A stretch of 63,777 bases of DNA from Octopus bimaculoides (lineage: Eukaryota). Within the stretch, counting starts at the first letter, position 1; every line of letters starts with the position of its first letter. Shown here piece by piece: positions 1 to 12,529 of the stretch. A program made the translations under genes and the position numbers. The stretch covers positions 26,563,761 through 26,627,537 of the forward strand of contig NC_069001.1 in the NCBI RefSeq assembly GCF_001194135.2, given 5' to 3'. The notes under the pieces were generated by a model. The model worked only from the letters and a program-made list of their open reading frames with translations. It ran no database searches and was not told where the DNA came from.

Positions 1-4
1 GAAA

Positions 5-51
<47 letters not shown>

Positions 52-823
52 TATATATGCTGTTTTCTCCTTTAATGATTGTCACAATACCCATTGTCGC
101 TTCAATTATAGGAGTTCATGAGGTCATTAAAATCATTTCTCTGTTCTTGTTGCTTAACAAACATTAATATCTAATGTCTCAAACGCTGTCGTTATTTTTA
201 TCTGGCTGATTTTCTCTCTCTCTCTCTTTCTTTCTCTCTCTCTTTCTTTCTCTCTCTCTCTCTCTCTCAAACACACACACTATCTCTATACATACATGTA
301 CCCGGTGCAGAAAATACATTTACCCTTATTTAAATACCTTATGAAGTCATGAACACCATTTAAAAAGAAAATAATGTTAATAATAATAAGGGGTACGATG
401 AAAGCAACGGGTGGCCATTTTGAATTGTAAATCGATGTAAAACATTGTCAATTGTAATCTTTTATTAGCGAACACCGAAAACATTTTATTCTACGATAAA
501 ACGAATAATGGGTAAATATATACACCACACCCGGTATGTTGACATGTGTGTATATGTGCATGCTTGTGTTTCTTTTTGTGTGTATGCGTGTGTATGTGTG
601 TATGTATGTTTGTTTGTGTGTTCTTTTCTTGAAGATTGATATTATTTCATGATGATAAAATCTCTTTCCTTAGTATTTAACATTGTGCAAAGTTCACAAT
701 TAACTCTTGCAGTTCTAAAGAAAACATTCTCTGTTTGTTTACAATTTGAATAAAACCGTTGAGAAACAAGATAGATATTTTGTTTAGCCTGAAAGAAAAC
801 AGTGACAGCATCATCAGAAATAT

Positions 824-824
<1 letters not shown>

Positions 825-872
<48 letters not shown>

Positions 873-874
873 GG
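825..874. repeat. Compound (AGT)n(GGT)n microsatellite
   Basis: Directly visible; it produces the poly-Thr run in the 642..947 ORF. Confidence 0.95.
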
Positions 875-1889
875 TAGATGTTGTTGGTGTAGTTGTTAAG
901 GTAGTAGTTGCATCAGCAGCAACTAGGATAGTATTATCGTAACACAAATAGAAACATCCCTAGATACATTTTGCCCATCGCCGACGTCATCAGCTTCATC
1001 TTCATCAATGCCATCACTGTCACCGCCTCCATCACCCTACCACCTCCAATGCGGCGGTTGTCATAACCATCATCATCATGGGAATCTTCAGCACGCTTAC
1101 AAGCGAGTTACTCAAAGTCATCGTATCCGTCATTATCTTCAACAACAGCAGTAGCAGCAGCAGTATCGCTTTTTCGAGAACGTCTTCACCATCACCATTA
1201 CCACGAAACCATTGTCAGCATCAAAATCATCATCATTATCATCATCGTCGTCATCGTCACCATTATTATCAAGAACAACAACGAGCGAAATTCAACAAAA
1301 GCCTAAAACACTTGGATCAGAAAAATGATGACAGCAATCTAGCTGCTAGACGAAACTAATCTGTTCTTTTATTTATTTCCTATAGAGTTTCTTTGTTCAA
1401 TTGATTTAGATAAGAACATCGATATTTGAGCTTCTTTTGATATTTATTTTCGTTAATGTCTGTCTATTGTCGTCCGTATAGAAATATTTAAAACAATCAA
1501 TAGATGCGAAAAGGTAAGCAAAATAGGTCAGCTAGTTTCTTCACCGATGATGATAATAATAATAATAATGATGTTTTCAAACACCGATTAAAATAATACG
1601 AACGCGACATTATTTATGTAATTAACATCAATACTACAACTATTCCAATTTTAATTAACTGTTGCCGCCACTATTATCGTTGTTATTGTTGTTGTTGTTT
1701 TTAAGGTTATCATTTTGTATATGCTCATTGTGTTGTTTAATGTTATAGTCAGATACTTGGGTTGATAAATTCGATTATAACTGCTTACTAAATTTATGGA
1801 CTTCTGCATGGGCTAGTAATACTTCTCCTCCTCCCTCTTCTTGTTGCTGTTGTTATTATTATTATTATTATTAGTAGTAGTAGTAGTAT

Positions 1890-2227
1890 TAAGAGAACAG
1901 TGCATGCCATCAAAGTGACACTGGGGTAAATCATACGAAGTCCAGTATACCCATCATGTCTATCCGTCTGATAAGGGTATACCAGATACATGCATCACAA
2001 CTTTATGTGCACGACGTGGTGATCTCAAATCAAGATAAACATCGCACATAACCTTGCTCGTGGGGCACAGTTAGAATTTTCTTCGGGTCGAGTAACCCAT
2101 CCCGTTCAAAATATCCCTGAATGAGAGTTGTTTAAGGATGTTCAGCGAAACACCCATGTTTCCAAGAGTGAATTATTCAAACCCCATACAATTTTTTGCA
2201 TTTCCGGTATGAATGGTAAGCCAGGGA
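1890..2227 (-). mobile_element. Interspersed repeat family D (probable 3' end/UTR of a non-LTR element with a TAA-type tail), partial copy
   Basis: Its reverse complement aligns by eye to 37585-37880 (shared tgtttatcttgat.tgagatca, catgatgggtata, ccagtgtcact.tgatggcat). It ends in a (TAC)n(TAA)n tail on the minus strand. Confidence 0.8.
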
Positions 2228-3682
2228 TTATGATATTTATAATTATATTATATTAATTTATATTATATTATAACAATGATATAATATTGTATCAATAGAT
2301 TGAAATTTGTCAATCGTAAATCTCCATTTTCTTTTCATATATATNNNNNNNNNNNNNNNNNNNNNNNNNNNNNNNNNNNNNNNNNNNNNNNNNNNNNNNN
2401 NNNNNNNNNNNNNNNNNNNNNNNNNNNNNNNNNNNNNNNNNNNNNNNNNNNNNNNNNNNNNNNNNNNNNNNNNNNNNNNNNNNNNNNNNNNNNNNNNNNN
2501 NNNNNNNNNNNNNNNNNNNNNNNNNNNNNNNNNNNNNNNNNNNNNNNNNNNNNNNNNNNNNNNNNNNNNNNNNNNNNNNNNNNNNNNNNNNNNNNNNNNN
2601 NNNNNNNNNNNNNNNNNNNNNNNNNNNNNNNNNNNNNNNNNNNNNNNNNNNNNNNNNNNNNNNNNNNNNNNNNNNNNNNNNNNNNNNNNNNNNNNNNNNN
2701 NNNNNNNNNNNNNNNNNNNNNNNNNNNNNNNNNNNNNNNNNNNNNNNNNNNNNNNNNNNNNNNNNNNNNNNNNNNNNNNNNNNNNNNNNNNNNNNNNNNN
2801 NNNNNNNNNNNNNNNNNNNNNNNNNNNNNNNNNNNNNNNNNNNNNNNNNNNNNNNNNNNNNNNNNNNNNNNNNNNNNNNNNNNNNNNNNNNNNNNNNNNN
2901 NNNNNNNNNNNNNNNNNNNNNNNNNNNNNNNNNNNNNNNNNNNNNNNNNNNNNNNNNNNNNNNNNNNNNNNNNNNNNNNNNNNNNNNNNNNNNNNNNNNN
3001 NNNNNNNNNNNNNNNNNNNNNNNNNNNNNNNNNNNNNNNNNNNNNNNNNNNNNNNNNNNNNNNNNNNNNNNNNNNNNNNNNNNNNNNNNNNNNNNNNNNN
3101 NNNNNNNNNNNNNNNNNNNNNNNNNNNNNNNNNNNNNNNNNNNNNNNNNNGCACACGCGCACGCGCGCGCGCATAGATATATAGGATCTTCAACCAGGCC
3201 TACATCTATGCTTTGATTACTTTTCGTCTATTTGTGACATATACGTTTAAGTTTTAATAAATATTACTTTTCGGTATTAATACTGCCTCCGTCGCTAATA
3301 TGTATTTGTGATATAACTGATTTTATCATCCTTAATGTTACTGAAATGTGTACTCGCCATATATTACATGAGATTGAATGCACTTTACTGTTGCTTCGCG
3401 AAGTACGAAACCTTTCCTTTCCGTCGCTTCCTCTTTCGAATTACGATCATCATTACCGTCGTCGTCATGGATATCCTTGTCTTCATCATCGTGAACTCCT
3501 CGATGATCATTAGCACCACCCCACCCCTACCTTCATCATCATCATCATTGCCACTAGAGTTTCTTTGTTAATAGTGTCATTAAACGCTCGGATCTCTAAA
3601 TTCAACCACGCCCTTTCCGGTAAAACAGAAATGCATTCCTTTTGCTTATGTATGAATCGATCATAATTTTTAATAGTTCCGC

Positions 3683-3683
<1 letters not shown>

Positions 3684-3730
<47 letters not shown>
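3684..3730. repeat. (ATT)n microsatellite
   Basis: Directly visible. Confidence 0.95.
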
Positions 3731-3731
<1 letters not shown>

Positions 3732-5849
3732 CGTTAATATTATTGCTGATTTAGTATTACTAATTTACAACTAAATGGACATCATCCATATTTTTTTCAT
3801 CCTATTACTATTCAAACAATTCCAACCACAATGTATTTTCCTTTCCTTATTTCTACCTCTTAATGCTGGAATATTTGTTTCGTANNNNNNNNNNNNNNNN
3901 NNNNNNNNNNNNNNNNNNNNNNNNNNNNNNNNNNNNNNNNNNNNNNNNNNNNNNNNNNNNNNNNNNNNNNNNNNNNNNNNNNNNNNNNNNNNNNNNNNNN
4001 NNNNNNNNNNNNNNNNNNNNNNNNNNNNNNNNNNNNNNNNNNNNNNNNNNNNNNNNNNNNNNNNNNNNNNNNNNNNNNNNNNNNNNNNNNNNNNNNNNNN
4101 NNNNNNNNNNNNNNNNNNNNNNNNNNNNNNNNNNNNNNNNNNNNNNNNNNNNNNNNNNNNNNNNNNNNNNNNNNNNNNNNNNNNNNNNNNNNNNNNNNNN
4201 NNNNNNNNNNNNNNNNNNNNNNNNNNNNNNNNNNNNNNNNNNNNNNNNNNNNNNNNNNNNNNNNNNNNNNNNNNNNNNNNNNNNNNNNNNNNNNNNNNNN
4301 NNNNNNNNNNNNNNNNNNNNNNNNNNNNNNNNNNNNNNNNNNNNNNNNNNNNNNNNNNNNNNNNNNNNNNNNNNNNNNNNNNNNNNNNNNNNNNNNNNNN
4401 NNNNNNNNNNNNNNNNNNNNNNNNNNNNNNNNNNNNNNNNNNNNNNNNNNNNNNNNNNNNNNNNNNNNNNNNNNNNNNNNNNNNNNNNNNNNNNNNNNNN
4501 NNNNNNNNNNNNNNNNNNNNNNNNNNNNNNNNNNNNNNNNNNNNNNNNNNNNNNNNNNNNNNNNNNNNNNNNNNNNNNNNNNNNNNNNNNNNNNNNNNNN
4601 NNNNNNNNNNNNNNNNNNNNNNNNNNNNNNNNNNNNNNNNNNNNNNNNNNNNNNNNNNNNNNNNNNNNNNNNNNNNNNNNNNNNNNNNNNNNNNNNNNNN
4701 NNNNNNNNNNNNNNNNNNNNNNNNNNNNNNNNNNNNNNNNNNNNNNNNNNNNNNNNNNNNNNNNNNNNNNNNNNNNNNNNNNNNNNNNNNNNNNNNNNNN
4801 NNNNNNNNNNNNNNNNNNNNNNNNNNNNTATATATGTAGGTACATATTTATATATATGTATATGATTATATATTGAATATTCTAATATGTTTTTTTTTTA
4901 CGTAATAAAGGGATTTCTATCCTATCTCCAAAGCATTTATGCAGTAAATATCGAAATAATGACGACGTTGGTACTATAAATTTAGATATGACTGATAACC
5001 TTTTGAACTAGTTTAAATGTACATCAGTTCTTATTATCTATTGTTACATTTCTCCCGTTATAAAATGCTATAGAAAGATGCTGAATCACCATTATAATAT
5101 AGCTGATTGCAAATTGTTTACTACATAATAGCGAGTAAGGGTAGCAGGTGTGGAACAATAAACGAGGATGTGGTAGGATGGATATGTGGTTTCTAATTAT
5201 CCAGCGATTACGGCTCGTGAGTGGAATGAAGTACGCGTAGAAATGATAGAAACCTGACACAGCGGGTCCAGTCAGTGCTGTGTGGCGCTTTACAAAGTAT
5301 TTTGACATACATAGTTATAGTGCTAAGAATATGAATGTTTTGTTAGTTTATTTTCTGTAAATTTATAGGTTAAAAATAACAATTAATATTGTAAATTATT
5401 ATTAGAGCTCTCTCTCTCTATCTCTATCTCAATGAATATGTCAAAATGTGGATGACTCTGGCAAAAATAGTGAAGTTGAATGAACAAATTCTGGTCATGT
5501 GCATGTAGATTGGAGAACAAGTGTTGCAGGAGAGTTTGTGCCCGTAGTGGTAAGTTCTGGTTGCAGCTATTGGGTTGCCTCATTGGCGCTAGTCGGCGAC
5601 TCGATTATATAAAGAAAATTGCCTCCTAGATGTACTTACATATTTTGTACGCCATATTATATTTTTCTCTTCTCTCCCTTCCTCTCCATCATGTTTAATA
5701 TAACCTTGCACGCAAAGTCTAAACTGTTTTTCCAACGTCTGCCTCATTCGAAGATATTATGACAAATAAAAGAAATCCTCCTACTTCTTCCTCCTCCTCC
5801 TCCTCATCATCATCACCATCATGGTCAATAATCCTCATCGTTGTTATTG

Positions 5850-5940
5850 TAGTTGTTCTTAGCTGCATTTCGTCTGTCTTTACGTTCAGAGTTCAAGTTC
5901 TGTCAGGGACGACTTTGCAGTTTATCCTTCGGATCCGATG
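5850..5940 (+). mobile_element. SINE family B fragment, degenerate
   Basis: gcatttcgtctgtctttacgttcagagttcaagttctg...gactttgcagtttatccttcgg resembles the 47914-48145 copy. Confidence 0.6.
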
Positions 5941-6110
5941 TAATATAATCATCATCATTATTATTTGCTCTTACTACTATCATAATTTATAGAAGTAACA
6001 ACATCAGTTCGGTTTCTTATTGCCTGTCCTTTCTGGTTATTCCTTATGGAATACGCTTACCAACCTCGTCATTGCAATCGTGCCCCTCTGGATTTTACCT
6101 AAATGAAATT

Positions 6111-6313
6111 TTAGAGATGTAATATATCCGGTCCATCACGAAAGTGACTCGGAGGATATCTAATGAATATTTCTAATAGATATTGCGACCAATATTCGTA
6201 TTTTTGTCCATCTGAGGTTTTGTACAGATTGTCCCGTTCTTCAGGACAGTCATTCAATACGAGGAGAATATTGGTGAATTTATGGACTGATAAAAATAAT
6301 TTTTTTAATCCAC
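6111..6313 (-). CDS. Candidate terminal coding exon, unknown protein
   Basis: Acceptor ggttcacag at 6316-6314. Phase-1 entry gives 66 open codons, GLKKLFLSVHKFTNILLVLNDCPEERDNLYKTSDGQKYEYWSQYLLEIFIRYPPSHFRDGPDILHL*, ending in TAA at 6113-6111. No homology recognised. Confidence 0.4.
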
Positions 6314-6947
6314 CTGTGAACCGATGATAGACACTTTCAAAGCTGGATCTAAATCAACTCAGGATTTAACATAGGGAACCTCACAAAACAAATAAAAAGG
6401 CACTGTGTGTGTGAATATACATATGTGTGTGTGGGTATGTGTGTGTGCATGTATGTATGTATGTGTGTTTGTACGTGTGTGTGTTTGCATGCATTTGTGT
6501 TTGTATGCATGTATGTATATATTATAGGTGCTCTTGGCCAAACATCAAAGAAAACGTTCAATAAATTTCTAACATCATGGTATGTTACATTTTTTTATTT
6601 TATTTGAAAATATGTTAGGACGAATATTTTAATAATTTAAGCACGCCTGTGTATGTATGTATGTATGTATGTATGTGTGTGTCTGCGTCAGCTTGTGAAA
6701 TCTAGGTTTTGTGGTGTATTTAGTTTGTCATAAACATCGGCATCAACCTAAAAGATCAGTATAACTGACACACTTTTATAGATGACATAAAAAGTTCTAA
6801 ATACACTTCGTTTATTTTTTATGAATTATTTTTTTCATGTATCTTTTAAACGCCAGACTCGCTGAACTGCACATTTTCCAACATGATTGGCAGAATCAAT
6901 AGGACTGCTGATTTTCACAAAAGAACAAAGTCTAGTAAAATACTCAC

Positions 6948-6978
6948 TTGGAAATGAGTGACGATCTGTTTGGGAATA
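6948..6978 (-). CDS. Candidate 31-nt micro-exon (YSQTDRHSFP)
   Basis: Branch-point-like CTGAC, acceptor tttaccag and donor GTGAGT. Phase 0->1, compatible with the 6313 exon. Confidence 0.3.
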
Positions 6979-7077
6979 CTGGTAAAATCATATGTCAGTG
7001 TGGGGAACCCAAGAAACGAGAAGTTGGGGGCGTATAGTTGCTCGACATGAAGATGTTATTTAATTACGTCGGTCAGA

Positions 7078-7270
7078 GTGTGTGGCAGCAAGTTTGTAAT
7101 GGATAAAGTGTTTGTTTCGCAATCACGGGTTCTTCAGTCAATATGAAACTCTGGAGTCTATAGCAAGTGTTTCTTCCCTCTTTTTTTCTTTCTGCTTTTC
7201 TTTTTTTGTCTTAACTTCGGATCACCCAATGTTATGTGATTGAAAGACGGAGAACGTGCTGACGTAAGCC
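7078..7270 (+). mobile_element. SINE family A, old degenerate 5' half
   Basis: Weak matches to the family A head and core (tttgtttcgcaatcacgg...gcaagtgtttcttc...gacggagaac). Confidence 0.4.
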
Positions 7271-7419
7271 TGCAGTTCAAAGTTTTGTCTTAGTTAAGCG
7301 ATGTGTCACACTGATACTAGAAACGTGTTCGGAATGCATGTGTTTTAACTACTCTACTATCGTTTACTGAGCAAGTATTTAATTAGTTTTTACTTGAAAC
7401 GTAAAGGTTGAAATTTGAA

Positions 7420-7570
7420 GGGAGGGACGGTCAATTATATCAACCTGAGCACCTGACTTATACTTATTTTAACGAACCCAAAGTAAGCAAAGTGAAGTCG
7501 GCCTCGGCGGGAATTGAATTCAGAACATAAACAGCCGCTATGCATTTTATTTGGTGCGCTAACAATTCTT
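7420..7570 (-). mobile_element. SINE family B copy, degenerate
   Basis: aaagtgaagtcggcctcggcgggaattgaattcagaac...gcgctaacaattcttccag is the reverse complement of the family B head and B-box region. Confidence 0.7.
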
Positions 7571-7699
7571 CCAGTGCGCCACTTTATGAAAGTAGTTAAT
7601 CAGATAGAACAAAAAGAAATGGTCGTAGACGAAACGAAGTAGATACAGGGATCCATTTTCTATTGTCTTTCAGAAGCCCCAAGCAGTTTTAGCAGTGGC

Positions 7700-7866
7700 A
7701 TAACGGTTTGCATCGACTCCAGTGCTCAACTCATACACATTTTATCGACCCAGAACGGATGAACGACGAAGTCAAACTTAGTGGGATTCGAATTCAGAAC
7801 ATTAAAGTTGGGCGAAATGCCGCTAAGTTTTTCGTCCGGCGTGCAAACGATTCTGTCACTTCGCCA
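7700..7866 (-). mobile_element. SINE family B copy
   Basis: ttttatcgacccagaacggatgaacgacgaagtcaaac...gattcgaattcagaac...aaacgattctgtcacttcgcc. Confidence 0.75.
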
Positions 7867-8385
7867 CCTAACTAATAATGACTATAGTGATAATGATGAT
7901 TATGTTGATGGCGACGACCGTGACCGTGATGATGATGGCGATTATGATGATATGATGCTGTCCATGTCGATGACAATAACAACGACGACTTCAACAATGT
8001 TGAAGTTTGACACGTACATTTTGTAATTTCATACATAAGTATTTTAATACATTGTCTCTTATTACATTTAACATGATATTCATATTTTAACTTATAGTGA
8101 TGTATGCCTACGTTTCAAATATTCTGAGTTGACACATACGTACACAGATACACACTCACTGACTTGATCGGGCATACATACACGTACAGCGATACCACAT
8201 CCTATTTTGTGCCGTCAACCAGTAACTACAATTGGCATCAGTGAAATATAAAAACCCTTGTAGTTTTCAAATAGGAAATTGTTTGAGACAAGTGTCTGCA
8301 ACAATTTGGATCTCCAGTGATTTTGAAATTCTGTCTTGTTAATTATGATGCCACAACGCACACCATTTTCCTTCTTCATCTCTAG

Positions 8386-8496
8386 ATAGAATCACAAGCA
8401 CATGTGGTATGAATGATTTCAGAGATAACAGACAAGATTTAATGCTTGCTGTAATTCGTGCATATGATTTATCACACAAAGTCGAATGACATGAGA
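8386..8496 (+). other. Candidate 111-nt exon with a stop codon 7 nt before the donor
   Basis: Long polypyrimidine acceptor (ccattttccttcttcatctctag) and donor GTAAGT. The phase-1 frame reads DRITSTCGMNDFRDNRQDLMLAVIRAYDLSHKVE*. Confidence 0.25.
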
Positions 8497-8701
8497 GTAA
8501 GTTTCTCATATACAACAGCACGAAAAATATCCCAAATGTGTGCATGTGTGTCTGCGCCTCTGCGGGGTAGGAGTGTGTTTCCATCTATAACCAGGGAAGT
8601 ATTGAATCTATGTATGTACGTAAGTGTATCTCAGAATGTTTATTATGCTATATATATAATCGTGCGGCTGTGTAAAAACACATTCGTATTTGGGTACATG
8701 C

Positions 8702-8742
<41 letters not shown>

Positions 8743-10100
8743 TAAATATATATCTATATATATGTGTACGTGTGTGTGTGTGTGTTTCTGTATATGTGTG
8801 TGTGTTTCTGTATGTGTGTCTGTGTGTGTTTCTGTGTATGTATAATAGCACGCACATACAGAAATATACTCGCATAAACATACACACAAAGAGGCATAAA
8901 TTAATCTAAGACTAGATTAGTTTTAATTCTGTTTTTTTACGGATGCGAACTTCAAATCACACAATAGTGTATACAATATATATATTTATATGAGCGTGTA
9001 TCTGTGTGTGAATGCATGTGAATGTGTGCACTGTGTGTCTATAAGTGCATGTGCTTGTGTGTATACATGTATATATGTATATAAAAATGTGCCTATGTGA
9101 ATACATTTTTTTGCCTGTATGTGTGTGTACGTGTGTGCGCATGTCTCTGTGGATGTGGGTACGTATTCACTTGTTTCACATGGAAGTGGAAAAATTAATC
9201 AAAAGAGATAGAGCAATTATACTTTGAGGGTCAGGTCTAAAGTTTCGCGTATGGCTATCACTGATCATGGAGCAAATTTTAAGATATTTATGATGGGAAT
9301 ATTGTAAGTAGTCAACCATTGATGTGTAAAGATTAGTATAAATTTATCTATAGAATTTATGTATATTAAGAGATGATGCATATGACTATGTATTACATAC
9401 GCGCATACATATATATTTGAGTATGCTTGTGTTTTATGACATATATATATATATATATGTATATATAATATGCATGCACACACATTGATACACACACTAT
9501 TACACACTCACAATAAGAAGCATACAACAATTTCTGCTTAAACTTGAAAATCTGACATACATTGATAAGCAGCGGGATTCATTTGCTCAACTGATACTTC
9601 AGGCTTTAATATATTATCATAATTTGCACACACTCACGTACACGTATACAGACACACGCACACGCACGCACTCATGCATATACAAACACACACCCACCCA
9701 CACACATATATATACGCGCACTCAGAGACACACAAAGAAGCAAAATATATTCCTTGTGTATATGATAAATCGATTAAAGCTGAGTAGAAATATTTGAAAA
9801 GCCCCTACATGTCAAAAACATTTGATGTTATATGTACCATATGTAAAGATATATGTGTGTGTCTCATCTTATGAATCTTCATTTTTTTTTTTTACCCCAA
9901 ACCTTCTTCAAGGAAACAGCTAGCAGTTACAGAAATTATATCCCAGATGACGGGCACGTAAAAATACATAAAAATATATAAACGCATAGAGACGTAAATC
10001 ATTTTTTTTTTACTGTATGCCTGGTGTCAATTAGTGATGTACTGTTGAAGAAATGCGTTACTCCCTGCCGATTCAGATCTTTCTGTTGATTTTTACTTAC

Positions 10101-10183
10101 CCTAAGGCTCGTTTTACATTCTAAAATATTTAGAGTATATTCTTTCGTGAAAGAATTACTTGTGCTATGTGATGTTCTAGTTC
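10101..10183 (-). CDS. Candidate 83-nt exon (GTRTSHSTSNSFTKEYTLNILECKTSLR)
   Basis: Acceptor tttatattcag and donor AGG|GTAAGT. Only one frame is open, phase 1->0. Confidence 0.3.
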
Positions 10184-10621
10184 CTGAATATAAACGCTAT
10201 ACTTGTACATAAATGTCAAACATAGATAATTACAAAGATANNNNNNNNNNNNNNNNNNNNNNNNNNNNNNNNNNNNNNNNNNNNNNNNNNNNNNNNNNNN
10301 NNNNNNNNNNNNNNNNNNNNNNNNNNNNNNNNNNNNNNNNNNNNNNNNNNNNNNNNNNNNNNNNNNNNNNNNNNNNNNNNNNNNNNNNNNNNNNNNNNNN
10401 NNNNNNNNNNNNNNNNNNNNNNNNNNNNNNNNNNNNNNNNNNNNNNNNNNNNNNNNNNNNNNNNNNNNNNNNNNNNNNNNNNNNNNNNNNNNNNNNNNNN
10501 NNNNNNNNNNNNNNNNNNNNNNNNNNNNNNNNNNNNNNNNNNNNNNNNNNNNNNNNNNNNNNNNNNNNNNNNNNNNNNNNNNNNNNNNNNNNNNNNNNNN
10601 NNNNNNNNNNNNNNNNNNNNN

Positions 10622-10653
<32 letters not shown>

Positions 10654-10794
10654 ACAGAGAGATGTATATAAACACACATATATACGTACATATAGATGTA
10701 ATATGTATATATTTTGTATGAGAAAATTGTATTTGCAATGTATTCTATTTACGATTAAGTTCAGGGTTTATGTTGTTTTTTGACGGTGGGAAAT

Positions 10795-10860
10795 GTTTGT
10801 TGGTTCAAAGCTCACCAGTCAAACTTGCCTTTCATCCTTTTGCGGTCGATAAATAAACCA
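10795..10860 (+). mobile_element. SINE family B central-domain fragment
   Basis: gtcaaacttgcctttcatccttttgcggtcgataaataaacc matches the family B motif ctttcatc.tt.c.gggtcgataaa. Confidence 0.65.
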
Positions 10861-11353
10861 TCAGTCAAGAATTTCTTCCCTTTCTCTCAAAATTCTGTCC
10901 TTGTACTGAAAGCAGAAATCTTTATTAGGCATCTATTTCTAGCAGCTTGTATGGCTGACCATATAAATTTCCCTTGCCAGTGTCTCTCCTACCGCAGCGC
11001 CTGCTTCTGTTACTGCTGTTTTCATTAAGGAGCTGGATGATTTCTGCTAGATTTTTTTTGTTTTCCTATCTAGGTTGCAGTATTAAAATACTTACTTCTT
11101 GTGCAATCAGCTAATTGTGCATAAATGTCTAGATTGATCATATGTACGATTTAACAAGATTAATTATACTGGAATATTTATATTTGCTCTAAAAGACAAA
11201 AGCACTGCAACCGCTAACGTCACCACCACCACCAAAATCAAGAGCAACAACAACAATATCAACAACGGCACCAACTCTCCCAATCTACCCACAACCCTCA
11301 TTTACAAAACCATCGCCGACAAAACGATAGATTGTTTTTCCTTTCCTTTCCAG

Positions 11354-11476
11354 GTATTATAGCTTCCCTCTCCAAAACGAAATCGTTATGCATCTTCGCT
11401 TTTAATGAGACTGGGGGGAGATTGTTATGTCGGAAATGATGTCTTTTGCACACATTCTAAACTACATAGTATTTAA
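11354..11476 (+). CDS. Candidate terminal exon, Cys-containing (loosely PAN/apple-like)
   Basis: Very strong acceptor ttgtttttcctttcctttccag. Phase-1 frame reads GIIASLSKTKSLCIFAFNETGGDCYVGNDVFCTHSKLHSI*. Confidence 0.2.
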
Positions 11477-12384
11477 CCTGAAGTAGGTTTCCATGTAACA
11501 ACATGTTTATATTTCCTACGCTGCTATACTATACAGTCTCTAAGCTTTGCTTATTCTGCAGTGTCTTTAAAAGTCTCCAGGTCAGCGGTGACGTCAGTCG
11601 TAGACGTCGTTTAACTTAGAAGATACGTTGTATTATCCGAAAGAAACAACAGAACCGTGCTTTTCGTTAATCTGGTCATTGTGGTATTCCATTCCAAATC
11701 AACCTTTGCTGAAAAGTACATGCATGCTACACTCAAAACCGTTCCAGTCGTGACCACGACGTTTTTACATACACATAAGGCTACATAGTCCAATGTGTAT
11801 AAGAACAGAAAGTGTGAATTTCGATATATTTAGCTGTTATTTTTGGCAAGTTCTTCGACCACTTAAATGTTATTTTCCGGTCATTTTGGTATTGTTATCT
11901 TGTGGTATCAAGGTACATTAACGAAAGAGCCACTATGTTGTCTACCCACCTGGCAGAAATAGCACATGGTAGAAAAAGCATCGTAGATTATAAGACTCCT
12001 TTATCCACAGAATCTCAACAGGAATTTCCAGTTGACTTGTAACAAACAAGAGCAAAATTCCATAAAAATGTATGAACAGCCAACTGCTCCTGAATTTAGA
12101 CACCTTGCATAAAATTTAGAAGGTACATTGCTAATAAAGTCGTAGCTATAAAAAAATGATTGACATTTGCGCTTGCTCAGGGTTGAACTCTGATTAAAAA
12201 AAACAACAACGTGAAACTGAAATCTACTATAAGTTAGTGACTAAACATATATTTCGTGAAACCAGTCATAGCCAGCCAGTTCTGAATACGTTTTGTGATT
12301 ATTTTTCAATTCCTGAGTAAGGAATCATGATATGAAATTCGGAAGCTTTTTCTCCACCTGGATGAAAACTTCAATGCCTCTCAC

Positions 12385-12529
12385 CCTGCATATGTACTTC
12401 ATATCTCGTCTTTCTATTCCCCCCACCCACTCGCTTTCTCCTTTTGAGTGGAGTGACACAAGAGAAACATGGAGCTCTCTTGTTGAATTCCTTGGAGAGA
12501 AAGAATAATATTCCGCTTGATTTGTCAAG
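12385..12529 (-). CDS. Candidate 145-nt exon, unknown protein
   Basis: Acceptor ctttcacatttgtcttcag and donor CAGG|GTGAGA. Two frames are open (LDKSSGILFF...EVHMQ, phase 0->1; or LTNQAEYY...MKYICR, phase 2->0). Confidence 0.35.

Noticed and set aside
642-788. Possible terminal exon after acceptor ctgttttctttcag (minus strand)
   Set aside because: Two frames are open but there is no donor, no recognisable motif and no link to other exons. Too weak to list.
1078-1359. His/Ser-rich 93-aa ORF
   Set aside because: Degenerate CAT/CAN trinucleotide simplicity, as in several other non-coding stretches here. No splice or homology support.
10810-10903. AG/GT-bounded exon candidate (minus strand)
   Set aside because: Stops occur in all three frames, and it overlaps a family B SINE fragment.
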